From Camelus dromedarius (lineage: Eukaryota): DNA of 64,000 nucleotides. The stretch lies in assembly GCF_036321535.1 (NCBI RefSeq), contig NC_087458.1:7812001-7876000 (forward strand), given 5' to 3'. Of this stretch, positions 56,680 through 64,000 are shown one piece after another. A program made the translations under genes and the position numbers. Position 1 is the first letter of the stretch; each line of letters starts with the position of its first letter. The notes beneath the pieces were generated by a model. That model saw only the letters and a list, made by a program, of their open reading frames with translations. It did not search any database and had not been told where the DNA came from.

Positions 56680-58729
56680 AAGGAAAGGACAGACAGACGA
56701 CAGACAGGGGGGCTGGACAGAAGGGATCAGGTTTCTTGAAGCAGCTGGAGGTCCTGGAAGTCTGATTCTTACCTTGAGAGTCCCCTCCCACAGGCAATGC
56801 GCACCCAGGCACCGGAGGGCAGAGGTGAGGACTATGTTGGGGTGGGTGGTGCTGCGTAGAGGAGGCCTGTAGGGAAAAATGGAGGCAGCTGGAGTTTGAC
56901 ACTTAGGGATCTTTGAGCCTCATTTGTTGTTCATCCCCATACCTATAGGTCCAACATCCTCATACCCACCAGTCAGTCCACCCCTTCTCTGGTCCAAGAG
57001 CATCTAGAAGATACAAGGCACTCCATTCTCCGAAATATTCCAAGTAATCATTCCTGTGTTGCCTCCTTTACTCCATCCATCATCATGGATCCCCATGCCT
57101 CTTCCAAAGCCCTGTCTTCCCCTGGGCCCAGGACAGTGAGTGCCGCAGATATAGTGCCCAGTCACAGAGCTGGACTCCGGTCACTTAGCCTGGCTTGGTG
57201 GAGTGATGGGTGGGGGAGTTCTTGGCACTTTGGCTTCTTTGAACTTAGGGCAGAAGCCTTTCCTCAAAGATGCAAAAGGAGAGACCACACTGACCAGGGG
57301 CCCCAAGTCCTGGGGCTCTGAGACACTTGGACATCCCAGGGGACCAGGCAACTCCTTCATCCGGAACCTCTTCCTCCAGCAGGACAAAACGCTGCCAATC
57401 ACTGCTCCCTCCAACCCTGTGAAGAGACTCGCGTCTAACAGGTCAGTGTCAAAATATCTTACAGCATACTATTGATCAGAATGCTCATAAAATAATTACC
57501 AGTGAAATAATTTTATATTATACCTAAAATTGTCCCATAAAAATTATGAATATGTATATTAAATAAAACATCATAAGTTGGTGGGGTTAGGTAGGCACTG
57601 GAGCCCTGGGCTGCTCTCTCATGCTCTGTAAGGGGTATGAAGAACATATATGTGCACCTACTTTGAGATACAGAAATACAGATCAGTGATGAAGAGCTTG
57701 AACCTCATGTTAAATCCAGATTCAAGCCCCAGCAAACCCCTCCTTTTACTAACTGCGTAACCTCACTCAAGTTTCCTGAAATGTGTGCACCTTTAAGCAT
57801 CTATAAAATGAGACTTATCATCATTCCTACCTCATAGGATTGCTAAGGGGAATAAATATTAAAGTGGACATGTAAAGTGCTTAGAGCAGTTTCAGGCATG
57901 TTAGACTTTAGACGTGTGAGTGGTGGCTATCGTTACTATTGGTCCCTCAATCAATCTGAGTTCCCGCTATCACTGTGCTTACCAGGTACTCCTGTGCAGA
58001 CGTGGTTCTCTCGCTCATGTCTCTGTCCCAGAGGCTTTCGTTTATAACCATCAGGCAGTTCTTTCTGCGCCTAACCTCTCTCTCCCCTGCTGCACGCTCG
58101 GCTCTGTCCTTCATCTGCAGGAAGACGGAGCTCAGCAAATTAGCTTTCTGACTCCTCTTCAGTATTTCCTTCATCTGTGTCCCCACTCTTCTTCCCAGAA
58201 GTCCTTAATGTGAGCTCATTCACTAACACACACATTTATTTAGCACCTGCTGTGTGCCAGAAACTATTCTGGGAGCTGCAGATGACAACATATACACAAC
58301 ACTTACTAAATATCAGGCCCTATTTTACATATATTATTTCATCTAATCCTCACCACTACTCAGCGAGGTAGGTAGGTGTGCTATTATTGGCCACATTTTA
58401 CTGATGAAGAGATTAAAGGCAGAGAGAGGTTAAGCAACTTGTTCAAAGTCATGTAATTAGGAAGTGGAGGAATCAGATTTTCAAAATGAATAAAACTAGG
58501 TTAAGGAGTCCTCAATCCAATTTAAACAAAATGGCCAAGGTGATAAAGAATAGGTACAATAAAGAAGGGGGGAGAGAATCAACTCCTGAAATAGATGACC
58601 ACGTTTGAAATCATTTTTATTGCTTTATAATTTTATAATTTGTAACTTTGTAATTACTGGAAATCTCATGGATATAGTCTACATATGCATATGTATTACT
58701 TTCAAATTCGCACTGTAATTTAGCTGCTA

Positions 58730-59250
58730 ACAGAAGTACTTCTAAGAAAAAAAAGTCCCCAGTCCAGTGCAGTAGGGGAACCAGAGGAGTAGCTCATAGT
58801 GCACTACAGCATGATGAACTGAGGGGTGAGAAAAGTTTTCCCAGAGGAGGTGAGGCTCAAACTGATTGCCTGAAAGAAGGTGAGAGTGAAATTGGACTGT
58901 GCTGGAGCCAGAACATGTCTGGAGCACAGTGCAGAGGGCACAGCTGGTGAGGGGCAGGGAGGAGGGGGCGATGTTGGAGGTGCAGGGAGAGGCTGGATCA
59001 CAGAGAGCCTTGGAAGCAGATTAGGAGACTGGATTTGATCTCCAGGGCAATAGGGAGACACTGTTTTAAGCAGGAGAGTGACAAGACCACATTTACGCTG
59101 GCTTCAGATGGAATGGGTGTCGGAAGAGGATGGAGACCAGAGCTGGCAATCTGGAAGGCAAGACGTGGGAAGCAGATAGGTAGAGGAGGTGCTAAATCAG
59201 GACCTGCAGACTGAAGGAATGTGAGAGAGGGAGATGGGTACAGGAGGCCT
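58730..59250 (-). mobile_element. LINE L2 fragment
   Basis: GGACTGGATTTGATCTCCAGGGCAATAGGGAG...GCAGGAGAGTGACAAG, reverse L2 pattern. Confidence 0.65.
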
Positions 59251-59456
59251 GGGTGGAGTGAAATTTGTTACTAATCCCTCCCCCCATCTCTTTCCTTTTA
59301 CCACCAACTTCTGCCCCCATGGCTTCCAGCTGGACAGTCCCCTCTGAGGAATCCCTGATGGGAGTTCATCTCCTACCCTGCCCCACCCTCCACTCTTAGT
59401 CCTAAGGGATGCCCACCCTTTGTGCCCTGCAGACTGCGCTGGGCTGACTCCCCATC

Positions 59457-61443
<1,987 letters not shown>

Positions 61444-61771
61444 GGGCCAACCGCACCCCCTCCAGGGAGCGCGGGAGGGACAAAGTCTAAGTAAGTCGTG
61501 GCAGGGGTCTCTCTCTGCCTCTTTTCCGCGAGCCTCCCCTTCCATCAGACGTAGAGCGGCCCCTCCTTACCTGTCTTCCCAGCCGGGCGCTTCGGGCCAA
61601 GGATCCCGGCTGGCCGGGCGTCGGGGAGAGAGGGTGGTGGCGCCCCTGGTGGCGGAGCGCCGCTACAACCCTCGGACCTGCAGCGGTTCGCGTGCCCCTA
61701 GCCGACCTCGCAGCCCCTACTAGGCAGCAGGAGGGGCGTCCAGGGGGCATTAACTGGCTTCTGTATACAGC

Positions 61772-61777
61772 AATAAA
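61772..61777 (+). terminator. HAPLN2 polyadenylation signal
   Basis: AATAAA about 330 nt after the stop codon. Confidence 0.75.
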
Positions 61778-62989
61778 ATAACTTTAGGACATTTTGTGTT
61801 GGGCGAAGCTGTAAGCGCGGCGAGGTGTCGGGGGTTGAGGGGGATAACCTTGCACCCAGCGTGCTGACGGCGCGCCTAGGAAGACAGAATAAGAGGAAGC
61901 TCCACTGCTCCTGAGGAGTGAGCCTGCAAGAAAGGGATTTCAAGGAGCAGGCAACAAAAGGTGGCAGGAGAGTTGGAGACACCGCCCACTGTGAGAACCC
62001 TGGGTGGTGGTGTGCCAGGCACCACGCGGGGGCGCCACACACTCACCTAAGACTGCTCTAGCTCATTTGCCAGGAGCGCTCCAAACCCCCAGGCTTAGCC
62101 CCTGGGCACCACGGAACAAATATAAGGTGGACCTAAACATACTTCAAAATGTGTTTGTCTCCTGCCAGTCTCCGAGAAGGGTTTGCAGGATTACTACTAA
62201 AGGTAGGAAATTCATACAGCTTTTTACAACTGACAGGAAATTAACCCCTCGTAAGGAGGAGGAAGCAAAAACCAACACAATAAGGTCCTCGCTGGGCTGA
62301 TACTTCAGAGTGATTGCTCATTCGATTAAGCGTTTACCACCACCATGGCCTCAGGGCAAAAGGGGCAACTGGACCCGGAACATTCTTAACATCTGGCTGA
62401 AAGAAACATGCTAGTAACTCTAAACAACTCAAACTTCATTAATTTATTTTCCTTAATGTATACTATATTATATATCCTATTTATTTATTTAGTCATTTAT
62501 TACTGTTCAAGCAATCTAACTGCACCACAAAAATCCTGGGCTAGAGAATAGTAGTGACTGGAACAAAGAGTATGAACTTTCTAATCGTGCTTGACACATG
62601 TTGTAAAATTGCTTTCCAAGAGGTTTCTTGGAATTACTGTTAAAGAAAATTTATCCCATGGGGCTTTATGTAAGGGACAGAGGATGACTGAATGAAAAGC
62701 ATCTCCAATAACTCTCATATAGCAAATGAAATATTTGTGCCAGTTCCTAAGCTTTGGTTTTCTCATCCTGGTCATGTGATAAGTGTATCTGCCTCCCAAG
62801 TTTGTTGTGGGCAGTAATTGCAGTAATTGAGACAATGCCTGGACTGGGTAGTACATGCCTGGTACACATAAGAGGCACTCCATAACTGGTGCTTATAATC
62901 ATCAATAAGTAATAAGGATAATAACAGAAGAACAATAATAATTATCATTCAGGTTGTTATCAGCTAGCCTGTAGAATTGGTTGCTATAT

Positions 62990-63450
62990 GGCACTGATTA
63001 GCCAGGGTAAACTAAATTATGCTGTGATAAAAAGCAATCTCAATGGCTTAAATCCCTAATCTCTATCTCTCAACTCAATGAGCCCTAATCTCAATGGCTT
63101 AAAACACCAAAGGTTTATTTCTCACTCAGGTTACATGTGCATCATGGTTAACAAGGGGGCTCTTCTCATTTTAGTTATTCAGGGACCCAGGTTGATGGAG
63201 AAGCCACCATCTCAAATGCCATCAATCACCATGCCAAAGGAAAAAATAAAAAGAGCTCTGAAGGTCTTATACAAGCAATTAATAGCTACAATCTCCAGGG
63301 ACACCTGTCTTGCTGTTTACAACTCATTCTCCAGAACTAATCACACGGCCCCACTCAACCACAAGGGGGCAGGAAAGAGCAATCCTGCTTTGGCCTGGAG
63401 GTAGAACTGAAAATACTTGGCGAACAGCACCAGCACTGATATCTACCACC
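62990..63450. mobile_element. ERVL-MaLR (MLT1-like) LTR
   Basis: CTCAATGGCTTAAAACACCAAAGGTTTATTTCTCACTCA...CAGGGACCCAGG...CAACCACAAGGGGGC...CTACCAC. Confidence 0.7.
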
Positions 63451-63749
63451 AGCAAGGAGGGCAGCCTACGTTCTGGGACATATTGGTAGTCACCCACTCC
63501 TCTACACTTCTGGGTTTTCTAAGTTCTGATGTATTATGGAGTCAGAACCCCAGAAGGCCAAAATCCTGGGCCTTGCAGCTCAGCCTGTAGGAAGATGGCT
63601 TTTCTTCAGTATGATGCCTTCAGCCTTTGTCAAGAGGTCACATGAGAAATAGTCATGGGAGGAGCTTTTCACTTGCTGCAAAGCTCTGTTTCTTTGCCCA
63701 TAAAAACACGTGACCACCAATTCTTATTACTACTCTTCATATTGCTGTT

Positions 63750-64000
63750 ACTATTATTTTTTTGTTATAGAGAATTTCAAGCGTACACAAAACTAGAGAG
63801 AACTGAACAGCAAACCACTTCATCATCCAGTTTGACAGTTTCAAAACTCTATCATTCTTGTTTCATGAATCCCCTCATTTGTATCGTTTTTGCTGGAGTA
63901 TTTTAAAGCAAATCTCAAACACCCTATCATTTCACCTGTAAATACTCAGTATGTATTTCTAATATATAGTGACTTTAAAATAACCATAATTCTACCATCA
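63750..64000 (-). mobile_element. Old L1M 3' UTR fragment, partial at window edge
   Basis: TTTTAAAGCAAATCTCAAACACCCTATCATTTCACCTGTAAATACTCAGTATGTATTTCT. Confidence 0.55.

Noticed and set aside
61639-61653. CTCF-like GGCGCCCCTGGTGGC in the HAPLN2 3' UTR
   Set aside because: The core is one base out of register with the consensus, and the GC-rich background makes a chance match likely.

Overview
Mammalian genomic DNA, most likely a camelid: three copies of a tRNA-derived Vic-1-type SINE are present and I saw no bovid or suid SINEs. It is syntenic to the human IQGAP3-TTC24-NAXE(APOA1BP)-GPATCH4-HAPLN2 block. The window holds IQGAP3 exons 1-22 (minus strand; the 3' part lies beyond the left edge), complete NAXE (288 aa), GPATCH4 (439 aa) and HAPLN2 (340 aa), all assembled by hand with GT-AG junctions and a continuous reading frame. 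TTC24 looks like a unitary pseudogene: its first coding exon carries three frameshifting deletions and a nonsense codon, and a later exon has a second nonsense codon. The rest is typical mammalian repeat content (MIR, L2, L1, a Tigger MITE, MER5, a MaLR LTR, a solo ERV LTR, microsatellites) plus six N gaps. The most notable items are the TTC24 loss, an unexplained CpG island at about 30.8-31.7 kb, and a solo LTR near the GPATCH4 promoter. I found no convincing new biological system. Gene names rest on my recall of the human/mouse proteins, not on a database search.
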